A stretch of 64,000 nucleotides of DNA from assembly GCA_964252075.1 (NCBI GenBank), contig CAXULY010000025.1, forward strand, positions 1-64,000, written 5' to 3'. Both the position numbers and the translations under genes were made by a program. Every line of letters begins with the position of its first letter. Position 1 is the first letter of the stretch. Below, in pieces: positions 33,515-48,863 of the stretch. This stretch comes from an uncultured Deinococcaceae bacterium. Lineage in GTDB: Bacteria > Deinococcota > Deinococci > Deinococcales > Deinococcaceae. Under the pieces are notes generated by a model, which saw only the letters and a list, made by a program, of their open reading frames with translations, had not been told where the DNA came from and made no database searches.

Positions 33515-33609
33515 TGACCCTTATGGTATCCGATGAAGTGAAAAATAAAGCGGGACGCCTGCCCCCCAAGGCAGGGGTGGCGGCGGGCGCTCCGCTGTGA
33601 CTCCCGATC

Positions 33610-34215
33610 TCAGGGTCGGTAGGGCGCCTGGGCGCGCGCCACCTGCCGCCGCCTCGCGCGCCGCAGCACGGCGACCGTGAGGCTCACGGCGGCGCCCAGC
33701 ACGCCCGGCCACAAGGTGTAATCCAGGAACTTCGGGATGCTGGGCAGCGTGATGCCGGCGTCCAGGCTTGGCCCCAGCACGCGCGCCGCGACGATCGGCA
33801 GGACCAGCAGCAGCACCGAGATGGGCAGCACGAGGGGACCGCCCGCATGCTTCACGAGCAGCGCCGCGAGGAGGCCCACCAGCACCAGCGGGTAGGCGAC
33901 CGTCCACTGGATGGGCGCGTCCGGTCCGTACCCGATCAGGCCGGAGAAGAAGGGCGCGGCGCCCAGAATCGCGGCGACGTACCCGAACCACCCGCCGCAC
34001 TCGTCGGCCAGCCACACCAGCAGCACCCACCCACCGAGCTTCGTGTACCACGGGAGGTCCGCCATCAGCCACAGCACCGTGAGGGCCAGCAGCACCAGCC
34101 CAAGCAGCCAGGCGATCAGGGCGCCGCGGGCGGTGGGTGAGCGGCGGTGGCGGCGGGCGCGCCGTGGTCGGGCAGCGAAACGGGCTTCTTGAGGCTGGGG
34201 GCTGGGCTCCGACAC
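33610..34215 (-). CDS. Hypothetical membrane protein
   Basis: About 5-6 hydrophobic segments; co-oriented between uvrA and dsbA. Confidence 0.7.
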   Translation of the reverse strand: MSEPSPQPQEARFAARPRRARRHRRSPTARGALIAWLLGLVLLALTVLWLMADLPWYTKLGGWVLLVWLADECGGWFGYVAAILGAAPFFSGLIGYGPDAPIQWTVAYPLVLVGLLAALLVKHAGGPLVLPISVLLLVLPIVAARVLGPSLDAGITLPSIPKFLDYTLWPGVLGAAVSLTVAVLRRARRRQVARAQAPYRP

Positions 34216-34322
34216 GCGCCTCAGTCTGCCACAGTTCCGCGCGGCGCGGCGAGGGCCCCAGCAGTGCGACAGAACGCGGGCCGAGGACAGCGCGTCCTCG
34301 GCCCGTGGGCCCTGCCCGAGCG

Positions 34323-37328
<3,006 letters not shown>

Positions 37329-37607
37329 ACTGGTCACTCCTTTTTGTGAGGCGGGAGGTCCGCCGGAATCATCCTGTGAGGGCCCAGACACTGGTTGTCC
37401 GAAAACAGAACGGGCTGGGTGTCTTTCTCCGTTAACGAGACAGTGTAGCACCCCGGTCGGGGTCCGCACAGGGCCGAAGTTCCAGAGGCGCGGGGTCGCC
37501 AGACAGGCTGCTGGCATCCGTGTGACGCGCTGCCAGGGGCACCGACAGGAGGTCCAGGCGGGGAGGCGTGACAAAGCTGTAAGACCTCGCCCCGAAAAAT
37601 GAGTTCC

Positions 37608-38702
37608 ATGAAGCGCGCCTTCCTGATCGCCCTGGCCCTCAGCGCCACCGCCTCCGCCGCCCCCATGTCCGTTGGCCTCGTCCTCGACGCCGGCGGCAAG
37701 AACGACCGCAGCTTCAACCAGGCCGCCTGGGAGGGCGCCCAGCGCGCCGCCAAGGACTTCGGCGTGAACGTCGACCTGTACGAGCAGAAGAACAACGCCC
37801 AGAACCAGGGCGCCGCCCAGTACGCCGACCAGGGCAAGCAGCTCATCATCGGCGTGGGCTTCGCGAACCAGGAGCAGATCACCAAGGCCGCCGCGGGCCA
37901 CCAGGCCCAGAAGTTCGCGGTGGTGGACGACCTGCCCAGCGGCCCCAACACCACTGGCATGCGCTTCCGCGAGGAGGAGGGCAGCTTCATGGTGGGCTAC
38001 ATCGCCGGGCGCTCCACCAGCACCAAGATTGTGGCGTTCCTGGGCGGCATGCGCATCCCGCAGATCAAGAAGTTCGAGGCGGGCTACACGGCGGGCGTCA
38101 AGGCCGCGTGCCCGGACTGCAAGGTGCTGTCCAACTACGTGGGGAACACCCCCGCCGCCTGGAATGACCCCGTGACGGGCCAGCGCATGGGCAAGGAATT
38201 CGTGAAGCAGGGCGCGGACATCGTGTACACCGCGGCGGGCGGTTCGGGCCGCGGCGTCATCAACTTCATGCGCTCCAAGACCTGCGTGAAGGCCACCGAG
38301 TTGCCTTCCGGCGTGCGGTTCAACAGTGACGTGTTCAGGAACGTCCCCAAGAGCCAGAACTACCAGGCGGCCTGCGCGGGCGACGCGCGCCCGCTGTTCT
38401 ACATCGGCGTGGACAGCAACCAGAACTTCCTGGGCGACGACGACAACAACCCCGCCACCCTGAACTACGGCCTCACCAGCATGGTGAAGCGCGTGGACAA
38501 CGCCGTGTACAGCCTGATCAAGGACACCGTGCAGGGCAAGGCGTGGCGCAGCGGCGACCGGATGTTCGCCCTGGAGAACGACGGCGTGGGCTACGCGCTC
38601 GACGAGTACAACCGCGACCTGATCCCCGCCGCCCTGCAGAAGCAGCTGGACGCCGTGAAGAAGGCCATCGTCTTCGGGTCCATCAAGGTGCCGCGCGAGT
38701 AA
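37608..38702 (+). CDS. BMP-family (basic membrane protein) substrate-binding protein, copy 1
   Basis: Signal peptide, [39 protein letters not shown]. Confidence 0.9.
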   Translation: MKRAFLIALALSATASAAPMSVGLVLDAGGKNDRSFNQAAWEGAQRAAKDFGVNVDLYEQKNNAQNQGAAQYADQGKQLIIGVGFANQEQITKAAAGHQAQKFAVVDDLPSGPNTTGMRFREEEGSFMVGYIAGRSTSTKIVAFLGGMRIPQIKKFEAGYTAGVKAACPDCKVLSNYVGNTPAAWNDPVTGQRMGKEFVKQGADIVYTAAGGSGRGVINFMRSKTCVKATELPSGVRFNSDVFRNVPKSQNYQAACAGDARPLFYIGVDSNQNFLGDDDNNPATLNYGLTSMVKRVDNAVYSLIKDTVQGKAWRSGDRMFALENDGVGYALDEYNRDLIPAALQKQLDAVKKAIVFGSIKVPRE

Positions 38703-38725
38703 AACGGTCTTAGACCGAATGCTGG

Positions 38726-38752
38726 AAGGGCCGCACATTGTGCGGCCCTTTT
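38726..38752 (+). terminator. Intrinsic terminator between the BMP paralogues
   Basis: aagggccgcac-att-gtgcggccctt-tt. Confidence 0.8.
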
Positions 38753-38821
38753 CGTATTTATTGTCACAATTCATCCTCCAGATGTGACAAATCTGTCAGA
38801 AGCAATGTGAATGATGAGGAC

Positions 38822-39925
38822 ATGCAGCGCGCCCTGATGCTTGCCCTTGCCGCCACGGCGTCCCTCGCCGCGGCCGCTCCCATCACGATTGGTCTCTCCT
38901 ACACCGACCCGACCGGCAAGAACGACCGCAGCTTCAACCAGGCCGCCTGGGAGGGCGCCCAGCGCGCCGCGAAAGACTTCGGCGTGAAGGTGCTGGACTT
39001 CACCCCGAGCAGCATCACCCAGGTGGACAAGGCCATCACGACCATGGCGGACAGCAAGACCGACCTCGTGATCGGCGTGGGCTACACCGCCACCGACCCC
39101 GTGAACAAGGCCGCGAAAGCCTACGCCTCCACCGACTTCGCCGTGGTAGACGACCTCCCCACGGGCAGCAACACCGCGGGCCTGCGCTTCCGTGAGGAGG
39201 AGGGCAGCTTCCTGGTGGGGTACATCGCCGGACGCACCACCTCGACCGGCGTGGTGGGCTTCATCGGCGGCGTGAAGGGCTCCCTCATCGAGCGCTTCCA
39301 GTCGGGCTTCGCGGCCGGCGTGCACGCCGCCTGCCCCAGCTGCCGCGTGATGTACGCGTACATCGGCAACGACGACTCCGCGTGGGGCAACCCGGCGCGC
39401 GCCCGGACCCTCGCCGGCGGCATCAAGGCGAAGGGCGCGGACGTGATTTACGCCGCGGCGGGCGGAAGCGGCGCGGGCCTCGTGGATTACGTGAAGGCCA
39501 CGCAGTGCCTGAAGGCCAGCGACCTGCCGAGCGGCATGAAATTCACCAACGACCTGTTCAAGGGCGTGCCCAAGAGCGCCGCGTACCAGAAGGCCTGCGC
39601 GGGCGACGCGCGCCCGCTGTTCTTCATCGGCGTGGACAACAACCAGAACTTCCTGGGCGACGACGACAACAACCCCGCCACCCTCAACCACGGCCTCACC
39701 AGCATGACCAAACGCGTGGACAACGCGGTGTACAGCGTCATCAAGGACATGGCGCAGGGCAAGCCGTGGCGCAGCGGCGACCGCCTCTTCGCGCTGGAGA
39801 ACGACGGCGTGGGCTACGCGCTCGACGAGTACAACCGCGCTCTCATTCCCGCCGCCCTGCAGAAGCAGCTGGACGCCGTGAAGAAGGCCATCATCTACGG
39901 CACCATCAAGGTGCCCAGGCAGTAA
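38822..39925 (+). CDS. BMP-family substrate-binding protein, copy 2
   Basis: Same motifs as copy 1; ATG 38822 after GAGGA. Confidence 0.9.
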   Translation: MQRALMLALAATASLAAAAPITIGLSYTDPTGKNDRSFNQAAWEGAQRAAKDFGVKVLDFTPSSITQVDKAITTMADSKTDLVIGVGYTATDPVNKAAKAYASTDFAVVDDLPTGSNTAGLRFREEEGSFLVGYIAGRTTSTGVVGFIGGVKGSLIERFQSGFAAGVHAACPSCRVMYAYIGNDDSAWGNPARARTLAGGIKAKGADVIYAAAGGSGAGLVDYVKATQCLKASDLPSGMKFTNDLFKGVPKSAAYQKACAGDARPLFFIGVDNNQNFLGDDDNNPATLNHGLTSMTKRVDNAVYSVIKDMAQGKPWRSGDRLFALENDGVGYALDEYNRALIPAALQKQLDAVKKAIIYGTIKVPRQ

Positions 39926-40038
39926 ACCCGCGCGGTCACCCTCCCCGAACGTCCCTCCAGCGGCCCCGCTGGAGGGACGTTTCGCGGTTCGCCTCCACAC
40001 CATCCCGCCTGGGCGCGGGCCGCGCTTAAGCTGAACGC

Positions 40039-40563
40039 ATGACCGACCCCCGTTACCCGATCGGCCCTGACCCCGCCGTGAGCGCCCTGGACCCGCAGGG
40101 CCGCGCGGCCGCCCTCGACGCCCTGCGCGCCCTGCCGCACGAACTGCGCGCGGCGCTCGGCGGCCTGAACGACGCGCAGCTGGACACGCCGTACCGCGCG
40201 GGCGGCTGGACGCTGCGGCAACTCGCGCACCACGTGCCGGACAGCCACCTGAACGCCTACACCCGCATGAAACTCGCGCTCACCGAGGACACCCCCATCA
40301 TCAGGCCCTACGACGAGGCCAGGTGGGCGCAGCTGCCGGACAGCCGCGGCGACCTTCAGCCCAGCCTGGACCTGCTCACGGCGCTGCACGCCCGCTGGGC
40401 GAACCTCCTCGCCGCGCTCAGTGAGGCGCAGTGGGCCCGGCGCTACCACCACCCCGGGAGCGGGCAGGACGTGCGGCTGGACGCTGCACTCGCCACGTAC
40501 GCATGGCACGGGCGGCACCACACCGCGCACGTCCTGCGCCTGCGCGAGCAGCGCGGCTGGTGA
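40039..40563 (+). CDS. YfiT/BstA-type DinB-family bacillithiol transferase
   Basis: [41 protein letters not shown]. Confidence 0.88.
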   Translation: MTDPRYPIGPDPAVSALDPQGRAAALDALRALPHELRAALGGLNDAQLDTPYRAGGWTLRQLAHHVPDSHLNAYTRMKLALTEDTPIIRPYDEARWAQLPDSRGDLQPSLDLLTALHARWANLLAALSEAQWARRYHHPGSGQDVRLDAALATYAWHGRHHTAHVLRLREQRGW

Positions 40564-40585
40564 AGGGCCGCCCCGCGCGGCCGCG

Positions 40586-41014
40586 TCACCCGCTGGTCCA
40601 GCCGACCTTCGCGTGCGTGCCGTCGCAGAAGGGCTTGTTCGCGCTCTGACCGCAGCGGCACAGGGCGACGCGCGTCTCCGCCTGCTCGCCCTGCGGCGTC
40701 TGAACGATCAGGTCGCCGCGCACCACAACCGGGCCGTCCGGCAGCGGCGTGATGCTGGTCGGCGCGTCCGGCCCCTCACCCGCGCCGCCCTCCAGGTGGT
40801 AGTGCAGCGCGCCCGTGGGGCAGCGGCGCACCACCTCCGCCACGGCGCTGGGCTCCGCGCCCGCTGCGCGGATCCAGGGCCGCGCGGCGGGGTCGAACAC
40901 GCCCGGCAGGCCGCGCACGCAGGCGGCGAAATGAATGCAGCGCCGGGCATCGTAGTACACCGTCACGCCGGGCGCCGTGTAGGCCTTGCCCCAGTGGGAA
41001 CGCACGTCGGTCAT
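40586..41014 (-). CDS. Divergent ferredoxin (YjdI-like) plus CDGSH iron-sulfur domain protein
   Basis: CIHFAACV...CPTGAL and ALCRCGQSANKPFCDGTH. Confidence 0.85.
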   Translation of the reverse strand: MTDVRSHWGKAYTAPGVTVYYDARRCIHFAACVRGLPGVFDPAARPWIRAAGAEPSAVAEVVRRCPTGALHYHLEGGAGEGPDAPTSITPLPDGPVVVRGDLIVQTPQGEQAETRVALCRCGQSANKPFCDGTHAKVGWTSG

Positions 41015-41118
41015 GCCTCCCAGTGTATGCAGCGCACACCCTATAGGTAGAAAGGCCCACGCTGGACTCCACCCAAGGGCGCTGCCGCCGGGTGTGGGGC
41101 GACCGGTAGGCTCAGGGC

Positions 41119-41634
41119 ATGCAGAACATGGATTTCTCAAAGGGCGGCATGGAAGGCATCGTCATCACGCTGATCGTCATGGGCTTCGTGTGCTACCGGA
41201 TGCTGGGGGAGCGCCGCATGTCGCTGGGCCGCCTGCTGATCTTCCCGCTCATCATGCTGGCGCTGGTCGGGGTGAGCCTGTGGACCACCGTCAGTCACTC
41301 CTGGGTGGCGGCGCTGCTGGCGCTCGCCGGGCTGCTGGCCGGCTGGGGCGTGGGTGAGCTGACCATGCGCACGCAGACGGTGCGCCTGGACCCCACGCGC
41401 CCCAACCTGGTGATCGTGAAGGGCTCGGTGCTGACCGTCGTGATCTTCATGGCGAGCTTCCTGCTGCGCGCGGGCGTGAGCGTGCTGATCGGGCAGCACG
41501 CCCTGCACGGCGTGCTGGGCGACCTCTCCGGTGCGCTGCTGGCCTTCGGTATCGCCCTGATCGTGATGCGCAACTACGGCGTGTACCGCGCGGCGCTGCG
41601 GCTGCGGGCGCGCGGGCAGGTGGCCCACGGTTAA
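41119..41634 (+). CDS. DUF1453/CcdC-like membrane protein
   Basis: Five hydrophobic segments; upstream of a two-component pair. Confidence 0.6.
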   Translation: MQNMDFSKGGMEGIVITLIVMGFVCYRMLGERRMSLGRLLIFPLIMLALVGVSLWTTVSHSWVAALLALAGLLAGWGVGELTMRTQTVRLDPTRPNLVIVKGSVLTVVIFMASFLLRAGVSVLIGQHALHGVLGDLSGALLAFGIALIVMRNYGVYRAALRLRARGQVAHG

Positions 41635-41695
41635 GCCCGCGCGCTTCCGCGGCCCGCCCGAGCTCGGGCGGGCCGCTTGGGCCTACACTGACCGC

Positions 41696-42874
41696 ATGTG
41701 GTTCGCGCGCCGCCCCTGGCGGCTCACGCTCAGCTTCGCGGTGTTCTGGCTGCTGATGATCTGGCCGCTCGGCGCGGCGGGCAAGTGGAGCAGCGTCTGG
41801 CTGCTCACGGGCTTCGTCGTGGCGAAAGCCGGGTCGGCCTTCCTGTCGATGCGCGCGCGCGCCCCGCTGGTCTGGCTGGGCTGGCTGTCGAACGCCGTGG
41901 CGTTGGGGCTGCTGCTGCTGGTGGTGCCCCATTCGCCGGACACCCTGATGCCCGCCCTGCTATTCACGCTGGGCACCATCGGCGTGCAGCTCTCCCGACG
42001 GTGGGTGCTGGTGGTCGGCGTGCCGCTGTGCATGCTGGCGCTGTGGGCCAGCGAGGGATTCAGGCGCACCACCCCGCTGGAAGTGCTGCTCGAATCGCTG
42101 GGGCTGCTGGCGGTGCTGTTGCTGGGGCATGCCTTCGCCAGCCTGCGCCGCAGCCGCGACGAGTCGCGGGCGCTCACGGAGCAGCTGCGCGCCGCGAACC
42201 TCGCCCTGCGCCAGCAGGCCGAGCAGGGCGCGGAACTCTCGCGCCTGCAGGAGCGAGAACGCCTCGCGCGGGACCTGCACGACACCCTCGGGCACGCGCT
42301 CAGCACCCTCACCGTGCAGCTGGAGGCCGCGCGCAGGCTGCAGGGGCGCGACCCGGAGCGCGCGGGCGCGCAGCTCACGGACGCGCAGGTGCTCGCGCGG
42401 CAGGCCATGCAGGACCTGCGCGCCGCCCTGGACGACCTGCGCGCCGAGCCGCCCCCCAGCCTGGACGCGCTCGTGCAGGACCTCGCCACGCCCCTCGCGC
42501 GGCAGCATGGCTGGCAGTTGAACCTCACAGTGGCGGTCCCGACGGAGGCGCTCGCGCCGCAACTGGTGCTCGCGCTGCGCCCCGTGCTGGCCGAGGCCCT
42601 CGTCAACATCGCCCGGCACGCGGGCGCCGCCCGCGTCTGGGTGACGGCGAGCGTGCAGGGCGGCTGGCTGGACCTGACCGTGGAGGACGACGGCGTGGGC
42701 CTGCCCGCGCGGCCGACCCTCCAGGGACATTACGGTCTGCGCGGCCAGCGCGAGCGCCTCACGGCCCTGGGCGGCCAGCTGGAGCTGGGCGGCCGACCCG
42801 AGGGCGGCACCCGGCTGGACGTGCGCGTGCCCCTGCGCGTCCACGCCGCAAGCACCAAGGAGATCCCTGCATGA
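41696..42874 (+). CDS. Membrane sensor histidine kinase (HisKA_3, DesK/NarX-like)
   Basis: [34 protein letters not shown]. Confidence 0.92.
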   Translation: MWFARRPWRLTLSFAVFWLLMIWPLGAAGKWSSVWLLTGFVVAKAGSAFLSMRARAPLVWLGWLSNAVALGLLLLVVPHSPDTLMPALLFTLGTIGVQLSRRWVLVVGVPLCMLALWASEGFRRTTPLEVLLESLGLLAVLLLGHAFASLRRSRDESRALTEQLRAANLALRQQAEQGAELSRLQERERLARDLHDTLGHALSTLTVQLEAARRLQGRDPERAGAQLTDAQVLARQAMQDLRAALDDLRAEPPPSLDALVQDLATPLARQHGWQLNLTVAVPTEALAPQLVLALRPVLAEALVNIARHAGAARVWVTASVQGGWLDLTVEDDGVGLPARPTLQGHYGLRGQRERLTALGGQLELGGRPEGGTRLDVRVPLRVHAASTKEIPA

Positions 42875-43497
42875 TTCGCCTGTTGCTCGCCGAGGACCAA
42901 CCCCTCATGCGCCGGGGCCTGCGCGCCGTGCTGGAGAGCGAACCGGACCTGCAGGTGGTGGCGGAGGCTGGGAGTGGCGCGGAGGCCGTCACGCTGGCGC
43001 TGCAGCACACACCGGACGTGATCCTGATGGACGTGCAGATGCCCGAGATGACCGGTGTGGCCGCCACCCGCGCGCTCGCCGCGCATGGCCTCGCGCGCCG
43101 CGTGCTGATCCTCACGACCTTCGACCGCGAGGACTACGTGCTGGACGCCCTGCGCGCGGGGGCCGCCGGGTACCTGCTGAAGGACGTGGACGCCGACGAA
43201 CTCATCCGGGTGATCCGACTCATCGCGGTGGGGGAGGGCTTCATCCAGGCGTCCGTCGCGGCGAAGTACCTGCGCCTGCTTGCCGCGCGGCCCGCCGAGC
43301 CCACGGAGCCCCTCACGCCGCGCGAACTGGAGGTGCTGGCGCTGCTGGCGGAGGGCGAAAGCAACAAGCGCATCGCGGCGCGCCTGAGCATCACCGAGAG
43401 CACCGTCAAGAACCACGTGAACAATGTGCTGGCGAAACTGCAGGTCCGCAACCGCACCGAGGCCGCGCTGCGCGCGCGCGACCTCGGCGCACCATGA
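42871..43497 (+). CDS. NarL/LuxR-family response regulator
   Basis: [27 protein letters not shown]...TVKNHV. Confidence 0.94.
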   Translation: MIRLLLAEDQPLMRRGLRAVLESEPDLQVVAEAGSGAEAVTLALQHTPDVILMDVQMPEMTGVAATRALAAHGLARRVLILTTFDREDYVLDALRAGAAGYLLKDVDADELIRVIRLIAVGEGFIQASVAAKYLRLLAARPAEPTEPLTPRELEVLALLAEGESNKRIAARLSITESTVKNHVNNVLAKLQVRNRTEAALRARDLGAP

Positions 43498-43522
43498 GGG
43501 CAGGGGGACGCACCCCTGCGCC

Positions 43523-44989
43523 TCACGCGCGGCGCACCGCGCGGCGCCGCGGCCCCACCGTCACCAGCAGCAGGGCGACCACCGCCAGTAGGGCGAGCAG
43601 CAGTGCCGCGTGCCCGCCCGCGAGGAACACCAGCGGCGTCACGGCCGTCAGGACCACCGGCACCCAGAGGGACCGGCCCAGTGCCCACACGCCCAGCGCC
43701 GCGGCGACCGCCGCGCCCAGCAGTTCGGCGGGCAGGGCGGGCAGGTAGGCGGTCAGCACGCCGCCCAGCGCGAAGCCCAGCGCCACCCCCAGCACGGCCG
43801 GTACGGCGCGGTCCACGCCCAGCCGGACGCGCCGCGCGGTGGCCCACAGACCCGCGTACAGCACGCCCAGCAGCAGGGCCAGTGGCATCAGCAGGTGCAC
43901 CTTCGCGAGGGTCTCGCGCAGGCTGCCCTGTGCGAACACCACCGCCACGTTCTGCGCGGTGATCACGTCCTTCAGCTGCCAGCGCAGGGTCTGGCTGCTG
44001 CCCAGCGCGCGGTTCAGGCCCGTGGGGTAGAGGCTGTAGCGCTGGAACTTCGCGGGGCGGTCCGCCCTCACGGTCAGGTCGAAGTCGCGGATGGGTTCGC
44101 GGCGCGCGGCGAGGGCGTAACTCCAGCCGCGCGCGCCCTGGTGGGTGTAGCGCACGGCCACCTCCACCGCGCCGCCCGCCGGGACGGTGCCCTCCCAGGT
44201 GCTGCCGTTCTCCAGGTCGGCGGCCCGCAGTGCCTGGCCGTTCACGGTCATGCGAAAGCCCGACAGCGTGCCGCTCCCCTCGGGCAGCGGGAAGGTGAAG
44301 CGCACGGTGGCGGCGCGGTCCAGTGGGCTCGTGAAGCGGTAGGTGCCCGTGAAGGTCGCGTTGTAGTACGTCTGCCGCCCTCCCAGCGCGGGGTCCACGA
44401 AGCGCAGGTCGGCCGTCACGCGACTGGTGTCCAGTCGGATGGGCTGTGAGGTCTCCAGGGTCGCCTCGCGCGTGTACACCAGGGTGCTCCCCACGCGCCG
44501 GAAGGTGTCCGCGAGGCTCACGGCGTTCCCTGCAGGCTCACCCGTGATGTACGGCAGCAGCGTCTCCGCGCCGCCCTGCACGTCAATGCGCCGCACGAGG
44601 TCCGGCGGCAGGGTGATGGAGCGCGTGTAGGTGTGGGTGTCCAGGTACGTGGCGCTGGGTGACTGCTGCACCGTCTCTCCGCCCGCCGGGTCCGCACCTT
44701 GCGCGTAGCGGGCGTTCAGGGCGGCGCCCTGGCGCAGGTCCACCGCGCGCCGCACCACGTCCAGCCCGAGGGCGCCCACGCCCACCGCGAGGGGAACGAG
44801 CAGCCACGTCAGCAGGCGCGGAAGCAGGCGGCCCGAAGTGTCCAGGCTGCGCCGGAAGCGCTCGCGGTCCAGCACGCCCACCAGCACCAGGGCGAGCAGC
44901 AGGCCGGCCAGCAGGGCCAGCAGCGGCCACGCGAGGCGCGCGAGGGCGGTGAGGGTCGAGAACAGGGCATCGAGGGCGATCTGCACCAT
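43523..44989 (-). CDS. Membrane protein with large periplasmic domain (possibly CreD-like)
   Basis: Two N-terminal TM segments, beta-rich middle, about 5 C-terminal TM segments. GGAGG RBS before ATG 44989. Confidence 0.6.
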   Translation of the reverse strand: MVQIALDALFSTLTALARLAWPLLALLAGLLLALVLVGVLDRERFRRSLDTSGRLLPRLLTWLLVPLAVGVGALGLDVVRRAVDLRQGAALNARYAQGADPAGGETVQQSPSATYLDTHTYTRSITLPPDLVRRIDVQGGAETLLPYITGEPAGNAVSLADTFRRVGSTLVYTREATLETSQPIRLDTSRVTADLRFVDPALGGRQTYYNATFTGTYRFTSPLDRAATVRFTFPLPEGSGTLSGFRMTVNGQALRAADLENGSTWEGTVPAGGAVEVAVRYTHQGARGWSYALAARREPIRDFDLTVRADRPAKFQRYSLYPTGLNRALGSSQTLRWQLKDVITAQNVAVVFAQGSLRETLAKVHLLMPLALLLGVLYAGLWATARRVRLGVDRAVPAVLGVALGFALGGVLTAYLPALPAELLGAAVAAALGVWALGRSLWVPVVLTAVTPLVFLAGGHAALLLALLAVVALLLVTVGPRRRAVRRA

Positions 44990-45024
44990 GGGAATCCTCC
45001 AGCGGTGGCCCGACGGCCCCGCAT

Positions 45025-45067
45025 GTCCTTGAGTATGATGTGTATGATACACATCATACTCAAGGAC
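45025..45067. repeat. Perfect 43-bp palindrome (21-bp arms, 1-nt centre)
   Basis: gtccttgagtatgatgtgtat-g-atacacatcatactcaaggac. Confidence 0.95.
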
Positions 45068-45092
45068 GGTGAGGGACCCGCCTGGTGCAGCA

Positions 45093-45124
45093 GAAGGGCC
45101 GGAGGGAAACCCCTCCGGCCCTTC
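45093..45124 (-). terminator. Hairpin downstream of clpB
   Basis: gaagggccggaggg-aaac-ccctccggcccttc, a 14-bp stem with a weak U-tract. Confidence 0.65.
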
Positions 45125-45137
45125 CTCGCCCCGCGCT

Positions 45138-47699
<2,562 letters not shown>

Positions 47700-47725
47700 T
47701 CAGCCACACTCCTTCAAGTCCCTAC

Positions 47726-47756
47726 AGTCTACGAACTTGAGTGTGGTTGTGTCAAG
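47726..47756 (-). promoter_or_regulatory. clpB promoter overlapped by a HAIR (HspR) operator
   Basis: CTTGAGT-gtggttg-TGTCAAG at 47736-47756 (consensus CTTGAGT-N7-ACTCAAG). Minus-strand TTGACA, 18-nt spacer, TAGACT. Confidence 0.85.
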
Positions 47757-47838
47757 TTACTTGAGATGAGAAGTGGAGGAAAACAGGGGTCATGCCGCAT
47801 CGTGACACGCCCGCACCGGGGGAGGGGCTCCACCGGCC

Positions 47839-48819
47839 TTAATTGCCCAGCAGAAAACCGCCCTCCGCCTGCGTGAGGGCGCCCCCCACGAACTCCCCCA
47901 TGCCTTCCGCCTGCACCGCCTGGCCATCCGCCGAGCCCACGCCCGACACCGGCCCCTCCCAGTACGCCACGCCCGTGCTGCGGGACAGCAGCTCCTGGTT
48001 GTCCCGCCGGGGCTTCAGGGTGAGGGTCAGACCGTCCGCCGCCACCGTCCAGGCCAGCGCGTACGACCGACCGCTCGGCGAGGTCCAGGTGCGCGTGGGC
48101 GTCATGCTGAGGCCCGTCACCTCGCGCGCCACGCCGTCCGCCCCCACCCGCGAGCCCGCCAGCTGCACCACCTCACCCCGCGCGTTCTTCACGCGGTACA
48201 GCATCAGGTCACTGCCGTCCGACAGGTGCACGCCGAACCAGTCCCAGAGGGCGTTCCGGCCCGGTGTCTGATCCCCCCACTGGTGATCCAGCCACGCCAC
48301 GCCGTTCACGGGGCGGCCCCCGATGGTGCCCGTCATCTGCAGGCGCGTGATGCTCTGGTAGTACAGGCGCCCCACCTCCGCCGTGCCGCTGTACCCCGGC
48401 GGGTGCACCACCGGCACCTTGATGGGCACCAGGCGCAGGTTCAGTGGCCCCGCGTTCAGGCGGTACTCGTTCCCCACCTGACTCAGCTGCCAGTCCCCCT
48501 GGCGCACCAGCAGCGGTGGGAAGCCGAACGACGCGTCCTGCGAGCGGTTCTCCACGAAGTTCAGGGTGTTGTCGTTCAGGTTCGTGACCGCCACGTGCCC
48601 CGCGTGCACCAGGAGGCCCCGGTACACCGCCTTGAACTGCGCCCAGTGAAACGCCATGCCCGACTCCGGCAGCGACGCCGACACGTACCACCACTCGATG
48701 CCCGCGGGCTTCGCCCCCAGGTCCTTCGGGTCCGGAAGGCGCGCGGCATCGAACGGTTCCGTGCGCGGCGCGCACGCGGCGAGGGCCAGCAGCGGGGCGA
48801 GCAGTAAGGCGCGTCTCAT
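47839..48819 (-). CDS. Lipocalin-like AttH/CrtC-family lipoprotein
   Basis: Lipobox LAAC, EWWY, YYQSITRL, AWLDHQWG, WDWF, YWEG. Confidence 0.82.
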   Translation of the reverse strand: MRRALLLAPLLALAACAPRTEPFDAARLPDPKDLGAKPAGIEWWYVSASLPESGMAFHWAQFKAVYRGLLVHAGHVAVTNLNDNTLNFVENRSQDASFGFPPLLVRQGDWQLSQVGNEYRLNAGPLNLRLVPIKVPVVHPPGYSGTAEVGRLYYQSITRLQMTGTIGGRPVNGVAWLDHQWGDQTPGRNALWDWFGVHLSDGSDLMLYRVKNARGEVVQLAGSRVGADGVAREVTGLSMTPTRTWTSPSGRSYALAWTVAADGLTLTLKPRRDNQELLSRSTGVAYWEGPVSGVGSADGQAVQAEGMGEFVGGALTQAEGGFLLGN

Positions 48820-48863
48820 GGCTCAGGGTAAGAGACCGGACCGCCACAGCACCGCAAGTCGGC

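Noticed and set aside
37394..37410. Possible RDRM upstream of uvrA (GTTGTCCGAAAACAGAA)
   Set aside because: Only one half-site matches, which is too weak to call without a weight matrix, although uvrA is a known regulon member.
37329..38774. 482-aa N-terminal extension of UvrA in the ORF track
   Set aside because: It is largely the antisense of the first BMP gene. The real start is TTG 37328, with an RBS and the canonical UvrA N-terminus.
41698..42870. Apparent 599-aa response regulator with a long N-terminal extension
   Set aside because: The extension is an alternative frame over the histidine kinase. The regulator starts at ATG 42871 after AAGGAG.
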